Below, piece after piece: positions 9,588 to 20,409 of a DNA stretch of 64,000 nt. Under the pieces are notes generated by a model. The model was not told where the DNA came from. It saw only the letters and a list, made by a program, of their open reading frames with translations, and did no database searches. Origin of the DNA: an uncultured Planctomycetota bacterium (GTDB lineage: Bacteria; Planctomycetota; Planctomycetia; Isosphaerales; Isosphaeraceae). The DNA is taken from NCBI GenBank assembly GCA_963823665.1, contig CAWGMQ010000011.1, forward strand, positions 192,001 through 256,000, in the 5' to 3' direction. Every line of letters starts with the position of its first letter. The first letter of the stretch is position 1. The translations under genes and the position numbers were made by a program.

Positions 9588-12500
9588 TCAGTTCAGGCGG
9601 TCTGTCGCCTTCTTGTTCGACGTGGTCTTCGGATAGGTGTAGAAGAACCAGTCGCGACCGCTGCCGGCCTTCAGGGAGTTCGGGTAGCTGGAGTTGTAAA
9701 CCACCTTCAGCCGCTGGTTGACCAACGTCGTGGGGCTTGCGTTCCAGTCGTTCAGGATCTTCCGGAGCGAGTCGCCGGCGTTCACCACCGTCGCCGACCC
9801 GTCGATGAGGATGTTGTTGCCGTTGCCAAGCTGGATGGTGTGCCGCCCGAGGCCCCCCACGACCAGGTTGGCCCCGTTGCCGGCCTGGACGTTGTCGTTG
9901 CCGTTCCCCTCGACGATCACGTTGCTGCCATCGCCGAGCTGGGTGGTGTCGTTGCCATTGCCGACGGTCACGGTGTTGTTGCCGCCGCCGGCCCATATGC
10001 CGTCGTTGCCATTGCCCAGGCTCACGGTGTTCGACCCGCCGCCGAGCAGGACGTTGTCGTTGCCGTTGCCCAGCGCGATGCTGTTGGCGCCGCCGCCGGC
10101 CGCCACGCCATCGTTGCCATTGCCGGCGGTGACGACATTGTTGCCGCCGCCGAGAACGACGAGGTCGTTTCCGGCGCCTAGGCTGATCGTGTTGTTGCCG
10201 TTGCCCAGCGCGATGCCGACGTTCGCACCGGCGGCATCCGCGGCCGTGATCGTGTTGTTGCCGTTCCCGCCGATGACCAGGTCACTGCCGGTGCCGAGCA
10301 TCACGGTGTTGTTGCCGTTGCCGAGCTGGACCAGGTCGTAACCGTTGCCCGCAGTGATGGCGTTGTTGCCGTTGCCGAGCTGGATGCTGTCGTTGCCGTT
10401 CCCCACCGTCACGGTGTTGTTGCCGCTGCCGGCCTGGACGCTGTCACCACCGTTGCCCAGCGTCACTTTGTTATTGCCGTCACCGAGTTGGACGTTGTCG
10501 TTGCCGGCGCTGCCAGAGACAACCGCGCTCAGTGTCAAGGCGGGGTTGAAGTGCACATTATCATTGCCGTTTTGCAAGGTGATATCCACGGCGGAGAGGG
10601 CCTGGCTGTAATTCGTGGTGGTTGTGCCACCATTGAGCCGAGTTTGGACCTGGACGCCGGTGCTGCCGGTGTTGCTGCTGCCGATCGGGTTGATCTGGAC
10701 CTGGTCGTTGCTCGTGGCGCCATTGCTGCCGATGTACAGGGCCGTTCCCTCGACGCCGATGGACTGCATCACCTGATTCAGCGATGCGCTGCTGGCCGTG
10801 AAGTTGGAGCTTGGAATATAGACCGCCTGTACGCTATGGCTGGCTCCGGTCAGGAAACTGATTGCGGAGCTGAGAGCCTGGCCGCTGGTGTTCAGCGCGA
10901 CCGGCGACCCATAGTTGGCACCATCGACGATGAACTGTACGCTTCCCATCGTGACAGCTCCCGTCGTGCTGGTCACGGCCGCAGTGTAAGTGATCTGCTG
11001 CCCGTAGGCGGCCGGGCTCGCGGAGGATGTGACGCTCGTCTTGGTGGAAACCCCGGCGATCGTGAAGGCAACTGCACCACTGCTGCTGCCGGTATGGTTG
11101 GTATCGCCTGAGTAGGTTGCCGTCACCGTGAACGTGCCGGCGTTGGTGGGGGCGGTCGACGAGGCGGCGTATGTCGTCGAACCGGTGCCGACATAGCTGA
11201 AGGTGAAGTCGGCGAGGTTGGTGTTGTTCAAGCCGCCAGAACCCGTGGCGCTGGCTGCCGTCGCGGGGAAGGGACTGCCGTTGTGTGTGCCGCCAGCGTC
11301 GGTCACCGTGGTGATGGAACCGGCCTTGCTGATCGTAAACGGCGTCGCGAGGCTGCTGCTGCTCGCGTGGGTGGCATTACCCAGGTAGGTGGCAGTGACG
11401 ATGTACGTGCCGGCGTTGGTGGGGGCGGTCGACGAGGCGGCGTATGTCGTCGAACCGGTGCCGACATAGCTGAAGGTGAAATCGGCGAGGTTGGTGTCGT
11501 TCAAGCCGCCAGTCCCCGTGGCGCTGGCTGCGGTCGCGGGGAACGAGCTGCCGTTGTACACGCCGCCGGCATCGGTGACGGTGACGAGGGCCTCGGACTG
11601 ATAGGCGCCGATATCCGGACCGCTGGCCGGCCGAGGGAAGCCCCGTTGGTCCGTGGTGATGCCGTTAATCGACGCCCCCGCGCCGATTGCCGGGCTGCCG
11701 GAAAGAAGGGCCATGGTCGGGGTTGGGCCGCCATTGTTGCCCAGGGACGCCAGCAGCGGGTTGAGAGGCGTAGCCACGGTGCCGGTCAGGTCCGAGCTGA
11801 CCCAACCGCTGCTGCCGTCGGTGGCTCCGATGAGGTTGTTTCCCTGCGAGGTGACGGCGTTGCTGACATTGGGGCCGGAGCTTGCGGAGTTTCCTGCGAC
11901 GATGGAATCACCGATTGTCAGGGTGTATGCGTTGCCGCTGTTGTCGATAGCGCCGCCGCTCCCGCTGCCGCCGGTGCCGGCTTGATTCGCCGACAGCGTG
12001 CTGTCGAGCACGGTTACGGAACCCACATTTTCAATAGCGCCCCCGGAACCAGCGGCACTATTCGAAGCCAGCGTGCTGTTCACAACAGTCAGGCTGCCTG
12101 TGACCACGACAGCCCCGCCCAGGCCGGTGGTGGTATTGCCGCTAAGCGTGCTGCTCGTGATCGTCAGCGTGCCTTGGTCGACGATTGCTCCGCCGCTACT
12201 GGACTTCCCGTCAATGAGGCTCAGATCGGAAAGCGTGGCGGTGACGCCGGCTTTCACGTCGAACAGGCCGACGCTGATTCCGCCGCTGAGGATCACGCCT
12301 GCGGCGGGTCCGGTGATGATCGTCGTTCCGCTCGAGTCGCTGAGCGTCAGCGGGCTGTTCAGAGTGATGGTTTGCGACGTCGCGAAGACCGTCGGGTCAA
12401 AGGTGATGGCATGCGTGCCGGCACCAAGCGTGTTGGCGTAGGCGACCGCATCACGGAGGGTGTTGCCGGTGGAGACCATCACCGGTGCTATTGACGACCA

Positions 12501-15500
12501 TGCTGCCGCTGACGGTGACCGAGTTGGCGCTCGCGACGCTCGTGGCCGGGTTGTTGGCCGCGTCGCCACAGTAGGTGGCGACCCAGTAATCGGTGCCGAG
12601 CGACGCCGCGGTGGTGATGAAGCCTTTGGAGGTCGCGCTTCCGTTGATCAGTGGTTCCGTGTCGGTGAACAACGCCGGGGCGGTGGCGGTGGCGTTGTTG
12701 TAGAGGCTGAACGTCACGACGCCGGTCGGATTGTTGCCAGTGACCGTGACTTTGTCGGCGATGGATGAGCCGAGGGTTGCGGTTGCCGGTTGGGCGGCGG
12801 TGGTGATGGTCGGGTTCACCGGTCCTGGGGGGGTATAGATCGCAAAGCCCGTGACAGCGGCTCCGACTGCATAGTTGCCGCTCGCCGCGTATGAACCAAC
12901 GACAACGTACCTGCCCAGGGCGCTGGCGCACCGGAGAGCGGATTGGTGAAGTTCACGTCAGTGGCGGCAAAGTAGGTGAACGTCGGCGTGCCGAGATTCG
13001 CACCGCCCACTCCAGTGACGGTCCCGGTCGCCGGGAACGGGTTGCCGGTGACAGCACCGCCTGAGTCGGTGACGGTCACGGTCGGCATCGCCTGCGCAAC
13101 GTTGACTGTCACGCTTGACGTGGCGGTCGTGTAATCGGCTGCGTCTAAGGGCGTGAATGTGACGGCTACGCTCTGGCCGTTGCCAGCGTTCAGCAAATTG
13201 CCGGCGGCGCTGGTGTAAGCAAAGGTGCCAGGGACGGCAATCGTGCTTCCTCCAAGTGTGTACGAGGCGGTGCCGCTGAGCTGAGTGCTCACCAGGGCCG
13301 TGCCGTAGGTGATACTCACCGCGTTCAAGCTGGTTACTGTCGGCGTTGCCTGCGAGACGCTGACGGACGCATTCGAGGACGCCGTGGTGTAGTCCTCCGT
13401 ATCGAGAGGCGTGAACGTGACGGCCTCACTCTGTCCGCTGCCTGCATCGGGCACGCTGCCGGTGGCGCTCGTGTAGCTAAACGTACCGGGAACGCTCACC
13501 GTGCTTCCGTTGACCACGTAACTCGCGCTACCGTCAAGTTGGATGCTTGCCAGCGCGGTGCCGTAGGGGATGTTGACGGCGCTCACGCTCGTCACCGTTG
13601 GCGTGGCCTGGGCGACGTTGACGGTGACGGTCAACGACACCGGCGCGTAATTCGCCGTATCGTCGGGCGTGAAGATGACCGCTTCACTTTGCCCAGTGCC
13701 TGCATTGAGCACAAGGCCCGCGGCAGTGGTGTAGGCGAAGCTGCCGGGGATGGTCGTGGGAGTGCCGCCGATGGGATACGTCGCGGTCCCGCTGATCTGG
13801 CCGTTGGCCAGGGCGGTGCCGTAGGTGATGTTGACCGGGTTCAGGGAAACGGTGGACGCAACCGGCGAGCTCTGGGCGACGTTCACGGTCACCGACGTAT
13901 CCACTGTCTCAAAGTCCGTGGTGTCGTTCGGTGTGAACGTGACGTTTTCAATTTGTCCATTTCCAGCATTGAGCACAACGCCGGCATTGGTGGTGTATGT
14001 GAAGGTGCCCTGGACGGCTACCGTGCTTCCGTTGACGGTGCTTGTCGCGGTGCCGGCAAGCTGATTGTTATCCAGCTCGGTGCCGGGGATGAGGTTGACT
14101 GGGTTCACCGTCACTATCGGCTCGACCTGGGCGACGTTCACGGTCACAGTCGAGGATATCTCCGCGTAATCGGTTGGGTCGGCGGGAATGAAGGTGACCG
14201 GTTCGGTCTGCCCATTGCCCGCGTGCGGCACGCTGCCGGCGCCATTGGTATAAACGAGCGTGCCCGGCAGCGTGTTTTCGCCATCGGTGATCGTTCCGCT
14301 CAACTGGCTGTCGGCCAGGGCCGTGCCGTAAGTGAGGTTGACGGAGGACAGGCTCACGATCACGGGCGTGACCTTGGCAACGTTCACGACCACGGTTGAC
14401 GATTCCGGCGCGTAAGCCATGAGGTTAGAGGGCGTGAAGGTGACCGCTTCGGTCTGCCCCGAGCCCGCGTGCAAGCTAGTCCCTGCGGCGCTGGTAAACG
14501 TGAAGCTGCCGGGGATGCTGACCAGGGTGCTGCCCACGGTCGCCAACGCGACACCCTGGAGCTGCAAGTTGCTCAGCGGGGTGCCATAGGTGATGTTGAT
14601 CGGGTCGACCAGCAACGGCGCCAACGTGGTGATCGTAATTCCGGACGTGTCAAGATAGACCGGAGTGGTGTCGGTGGAAGTTGTTGTCGTTCCGGGCCCA
14701 CTATCGGATGCGACCAGATCAGTCTCCGTCACCGTGCGACTGGCCGCAGCCACGAAGCCCTGGTAGCCGTTGGTGTCGACGACAACCGGCCCAGCAACGA
14801 CCAGATCATTGGTAACGACAGGCAAATCTGACTGTAAGATGATGACGTTCCCCGTCGGCCCGCTCAGGTTGGGCGCAAACGCGATGTTATGCAAACCGGG
14901 CTCCGAGTTGGCCAGCAGGATCGCATCTCGCAGAGTGCCGGCGGCGCCTGGAGCATCGGAGTCTGACGTCACGATGATCGGCGGGTTGTTTTCGTTGATG
15001 ATTGCATTGATGAGCGTTTCATCAACGGTCGTGCCATCACCCAGGTTTGCCGTGGTATCTCCGTTCTCTACCACGGTGGGATCATCCATCCCCACGATGC
15101 CCGTGGTGCGCGAGACTTTCACCCCGGTAAAGTATTGCTGCGCGATCCCATCCACGGTGTCGCCCAGCCCGACCGGCACCGCCGACGTCGAATAAACAGT
15201 TGAACCATTGACCATGTCCGGTACAAAGTCCTGGTTCAGATTGTTTCGGTACAGCGTGCTGGGATTGCCCAGGTCCGTTGGGATCAATCCATTGTCGTTA
15301 GCCCCGTTGTCATTCTCCGCATAGTTCCATCGCGTATTGGGGTCGGTGATGGTGTGCGAATTCTGATCCACTTCGGCCGGTTGCCAGCCAGGTGTGAGCC
15401 CCGTTTGGGGATCGGCGGCGGGAGTCCAGCTCTGGTCGGCATTGGGAACAAATACAATTTTTCCCCGAACTTCGCCCAATGTGGGAGTGATAGCCGGGTT

Positions 15501-18500
15501 AGAAGAGTAGTAGACGAAATCCTTGTAGTTGGTGCCCGGAACTGCCGTGTCAGGCGAGTCGAGCAGCGTGTTGAGGTCGGTGTTGAAGCTATTGGAACTG
15601 TTCACCGGGGTGGCGTCGTTGCTCAAGGAAACCACGATGGTTTCCGTGGGCTCGGACTGCAGGAACGAGGTCATCTCGTTCAGCGCGCCTTGCATGGTGT
15701 AGCCGGTAAAATCCTGGCCGGCGTTGAGGTTGATGGTGTCGTTGACCAGACCCGCTTGCAAATCCAGCGAGCGAACCCCCGTATCGAGCTGGTCGGCGAT
15801 GCTCAGCGTTTGCGTTTGCTCCGTGGTCTCATGGTTTTGCAGCGTCGTCAGTTCGGCCGTGAAATTAACATCCGCGGTCGCCGCCAAAAAGCCTGCCGCA
15901 TCTGCGGCCTTGGCCGCGTTGGCGGCCAGGCCATCGGCTTTCTCTGCCGCTGCATTTGCAAGGTCCGCGGCGGTGTCTACTTTTGTTTCAGTTAAGTTGG
16001 CCGCAGCCGCCGACTGATCCGCTGTAGTTGCGTCGGCATTGGCCGTAACTGCCGTGGCATCCGCATCCGCCGCCATTTCGTCAGCGGTAACGGCCAACCC
16101 ATCTTCGCCCGCCGCCGTCTCATCCAGAGGCGTCGCCGCTGCATCGATGCCAGCCGAAACGCCGTCGGTGGCGACGTCCGTGACATCGGCGCCAAGCGAG
16201 ACTTCATCCAGGGCAACCGCCACGGCTTCGCCGACCGCGGCGGCCGCAGCCGTGCCAATATCCACAAAGATGATTTCGGCCGTGGCCGCGGCAATGGCAT
16301 CCAAGGCAATTGCAGCGATGTCCGCGGCCCCCGCCGCAGTATCCGCGGCCGCCGTGACGCCATTGTCGGTCGCCGCCGCAATATCCGCGCCGTCGGCTGC
16401 TGAATCGGCCCCCAGCGCCGCTGAATTCTCGGGAGTTGCCGCCTCATCCAACGCAGCCGCCTTCTCATCCAACAAAGTCGCCTCCGCGTCATCGGCCGCG
16501 GCTGTTGAGTTGGCCTCTTCCGCCGCCGTGTCCATGGCGGTCGCTTCCGTCGCCGCGCTGGCCTCGGCCTGATCCGCAGCCGCAGCCACGCTATCCAAGA
16601 CGGCTGCATTGCTGGCCAAGACGCCCTCCGCCGTGAGCGCCGTCGCCGCCGCCGCATGCGTGCTGGCCTCCGTCAAGGCAAGCCCATAGACCGTATTCTG
16701 GTCCGTAACGTTGTTGCTGTTGTTGCCCGTCGTGTTGGGGGTGCTCATCCCAGCGGCGAACGTGCCATAAAAACTTGCCGCCAGCGCATTCGCAGCCGCC
16801 CCGGTAAAAGCCGCAGTCGCTGCGAGCGCGTTCGTTACCGCCGACGTCGTACGTTTGGCGGCGTCCGCGGCATAGTCAGTCGTCGCTGCCGAGTTGGCGG
16901 TTGCCGCGGCCGGATCGGACCCATTGGCCGCCAGACCCGCCCCGGACGCCGTTGCATTGACGCCCCCAACCGCGTTATCCAGGCCACTGGCAGGCCCATT
17001 GGTGGCATCGGCCGCCGCGTCGGCGGCGTCCGCCGCAGTATCTCCGCTGACCGCGGCCGCATCCGCCGCCGCTGCGGTTCCATCGAGTCCGGCTGCGATC
17101 TCATCCGCGACCGGATCAATTCCATCCTCCGCCCCCGCCACGACATCGGCGGTGGCCGCGGAAGCGTCGGTCGTCGCAGCGGTTGCGTCCTCTCCCCCGG
17201 CGATCCCGTCCGTAAGCCCCGCCGCGGCATCCGTGCCCGCTGCCGCCGTGTCTGCGCCACCCGCCTCTCCATCCGCAGTCCCCGCGGCCGAATCGGCACC
17301 AGCGGCCGTTTCGTGATCGGTTGCCGCCGTCGTATCAGCCGCTTGGGCTGCGGGATCGTCGAGGGCCGCCGCTTTATCGGCCGCCTGGGCTGCGCTGCTC
17401 GCTGTTGAGGCAGCAAGAGACGCGCTGTCCGACGCCACAGCGGCGATGTCTGCTGTCAGACCGACGGCCAAACCGGCCCCCGTGCTGGTCTGCGTGATTC
17501 CCGCGGTAGCGTCCGCTGAAAACGCCAGACCGTCCGCGACGACCGCCTGCGCATTCAACGGCACGCTCGGCGGATCGGCAGCCAGCGCGGCTGCCACCGC
17601 GGCAGAATCCGCTAGATGCAATGCCAGCGCTGAGTTATTCACGCCGACGGCCGTCACCGTCGTTGGGGCGAGCACGGTCGACGACCCGCTGCCGATCAAT
17701 GCATCCGACAAGCTCGGGCCCGCCGCCGAGTTGACCGTGCCCGGCAGGGAGACATCCGTCAGTGGAACGCCGTCGGGTTCCGCGGCCATCCAGTCGCCCG
17801 GACCGCTGATGACAACCACCGGATCCGACCCGCTGTTGCTGGTGGCTGCGACGTTGTTGCTGTCGCCGCTGTAGGTGGCTACCCAGTAATAGGTGCCGGG
17901 GTTTGTGGGGCTGGCGTACCCCGATGTGGCAACGCCGCCCGACACCGTTTCGGGGGGGTTGGTAATATACAAGGGCGTGCCGCTGGCGTTGGGGTTGTCG
18001 TAGAGACTGAACGTGACGGTGCCGCTGGGATTGAAGCCGGTGACGGTGGCTTTATCGTCAATTCCCAGGCCGACCTCCCCAATAGCGTTAACGGCCGTGG
18101 TGGTAATGGAGGCAGGGTAGGGCTTGACAACCACCGGGTCGGCCCCGCTGATGCTCGTCGCGGTGCCGTTATCGGGGTCGCCGTTGTAGGTGGCAACCCA
18201 GTAATCGGTGCCGGCATTCAAGGTGCTGTAGTTCTTTGCTGTGGCAACGCCGCCGGAGAGAGTTTCGGTATCCGTGTACAAGGGCGTGCCGGTGGCGGTT
18301 GCGTTGGCGTAAAGGTTGAACGTGACGGTGCCGGTGGGGTTGAGACCCGTGACGGTCACTTTGTCCGCAATGGGGGTGCCGACTATCGCGCTGGGCGGCT
18401 GGGCCACGGTGGCAACGCCCGGCAGGTAGGCAATGTTCACCATGCCGTTGCCGGTTTCGGTGACCTGGGCGGTGGTACTGGCGACTGAGGGGTCGAAGTA

Positions 18501-19397
18501 CGACCCGCCGCCGCCCCCCTGATTTAGTGCATCTGACCCAGCCCCGCCACCGCCCCCCGAATAACCGCCACCGCCGCCGCCGCCGCCGTAACTAGCATCC
18601 TCCCCGCCGCCGCCACCACCGCCGAAGCCGCCACTGCCGATGCCGCCACCGTCGATGATGACCACGTTGGTGCTGGCCCCATCGCCGCCACGAAAGGACG
18701 GTGCGCCAGAGCCCGAGCTCCCGGCTCCCACCGGGGGAAATTCAGGTCCTCCTCCACCTGAGAACCACCCGCCCCCACCGCCACCCTCGCCGGTTCCCTC
18801 GGGGTCGCCGCCGCCGGGAAAGCCGCCCGAGCCGTCGACCCCGCCCTGTCCAAAAGAGTAGAAGGGATTGGCTACAGCCTCTGCATCGGCACCCCCGTTT
18901 ACTCCGGTCTGCGCGTTGCCACCGGTGCCACCGGCACCGCCGCCGCCACCACCGGCAGCGATCAAAGGTTGGCTTGCGGGTTGGCCGTCACTGGTTTGGA
19001 ACACAAAGCTGCCGCCGCCCCCTCCTCCACTCAACAGGCCCAAACTACCTTGGCCGCCTACCAAAACGTCCAGCGTCGTTCCCGCAGTCAGCAGGACATT
19101 GCCGCTCAGCACGGCGCCCAGGCCGCCTGGAGCGCCGACATATCCCTCGCCTGGTACATATGCGTCGGGGCTGCTGCTGCCTCCCTGCGCCCCATCCACT
19201 GTGATCTCATAAACCCCCGTCCGAGGCACGGTATAGGTCTGGATCGCTCCGGTGTAGGCGAAGCCCGTCAGCATCAGCCGCGGCTCCATCGCCTCGATCG
19301 CAACCCTCGCGGCTTGTTGTCGACGACGGCTGGACTTCGGCCGACCCTGCGACCCACCAACGACTTTGCGGCGACGATTGAATGGAAGTGGCTTCAA
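9588..19397 (-). CDS. Giant (~3,270 aa) secreted multidomain protein: planctomycete signal, Gly-rich domain, Ig-like repeats, split PI-PLC-like domain, MBG/Ig-like repeats, beta-helix with DQRG..DIGAY motif, RTX-like GNGND repeats; frameshifts near 12920 and 12470
   Basis: ORFs 12816..19574, 12451..12819 and 9588..12569 continue one another; TTG start with GGAG RBS; EAMEPRLML motif; ITYGT..QLSGTA repeats; C-terminal GSGRDWFF. Confidence 0.88.
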
Positions 19398-19778
19398 CGG
19401 AGGTTGCTCCCTGGTGAGTATCGTGGGATGCGGAACAGGGTTCAGGCAAAGGGGGTCGCGGCCCCGCGACGCCGGATCGGGTGGGCGATCGTCTCGCCTC
19501 GGCGCGCGCAGGTCTGCTCTTCCTCGGCCAGCCGCTCGGTGATCAGGAGACCGCTCTAAACAGCGCTCTCGCACACCGGCGACAATCCAAGATCACCGTG
19601 CGGGCCGAAAACCCTTCACCGCCGCACGATGGTTTTTTTCAACGCCCGCGGCCTGTCCGCTCCGCACCTCACTGTTCTAGGCCGACACCGGTTTGGAATC
19701 GCATCGGCGTTGTGCTAGACTCGGTCCCGGTCTAAGCCCGGCCTGACCACAGACTTCCAGGGCGGAGGGGACGCGTAG

Positions 19779-20381
19779 GTGAGCGATGGGGAGGGTTCCG
19801 TCTCACGTTGGGTCAGGGGTCTGAAGGCCGGCGATCCCGAGGCCGCCAGGCAGATCTGGCAGCGCTACTTCGTCGACCTGGTGAGGCTCGCCCGGCCACG
19901 GCTTCGCGAGATCTCCCGCGCCCCGGCCGACGAGGAAGACGTCGCCTTGAGCGCCTTCGACAGCCTCTGCCGCGGCGCGGGCGAGGGGCGATTTCCCAGG
20001 CTCGAGGATCGCAACGACCTCTGGCGGGTCCTGGTCACGATAACCGCGTGCAAGGCCGCCAACCAGGTCCGGCACCAGACGCGGCTCAAGCGGGGCGGCG
20101 GTCAGGTCGTGGCCGAGGCCGACCTCGCCGCCAGCGCCCTGGCGGCCGGCGGGCTGGCCCAGGCCCCCGCGGCCGAGCCGAGCCCCGAGCTGGCGGCCCT
20201 CCTCGCCGAGCAGTGCCGCCGCCTCTTCGACCTGCTCCCCGACGAGCCGCTCCGCCAGGTTGCGGCGCTCAAGCTGGAGGGATACACCGACCGCGAGGTC
20301 GCCGCGCGGCTTTGCTGCGGCCTGAGCACCGTCGAGCGGCGGCTCAGGACCGTCCGCACCTGCTGGGCGGCGTGGGGTTGA
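19779..20381 (+). CDS. ECF sigma factor, kinase-associated, divergent from the giant gene
   Basis: GSVSRWVRGLKAGD..AARQIWQRYF, DEEDVALSAFDS, DLWRVLVTIT, LEGYT..STVERRL. Confidence 0.92.
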   Translation: MSDGEGSVSRWVRGLKAGDPEAARQIWQRYFVDLVRLARPRLREISRAPADEEDVALSAFDSLCRGAGEGRFPRLEDRNDLWRVLVTITACKAANQVRHQTRLKRGGGQVVAEADLAASALAAGGLAQAPAAEPSPELAALLAEQCRRLFDLLPDEPLRQVAALKLEGYTDREVAARLCCGLSTVERRLRTVRTCWAAWG

Positions 20382-20409
20382 GACTCGATTCACGGCATGG
20401 GAGCGAATC

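Noticed and set aside
9800..10560. Classical RTX toxin with type I secretion locus
   Set aside because: Only Ca-binding-type repeats; no acyltransferase or ABC/MFP genes nearby; TolC is 40 kb away in core context
12440..12940. Programmed frameshifting or phase variation in the giant gene
   Set aside because: No slippery or simple-sequence tract; same pattern as likely errors in housekeeping genes
19398..19574. N-terminal extension of the 2252-aa ORF
   Set aside because: Better start at TTG 19397, with RBS, directly ahead of the signal peptide
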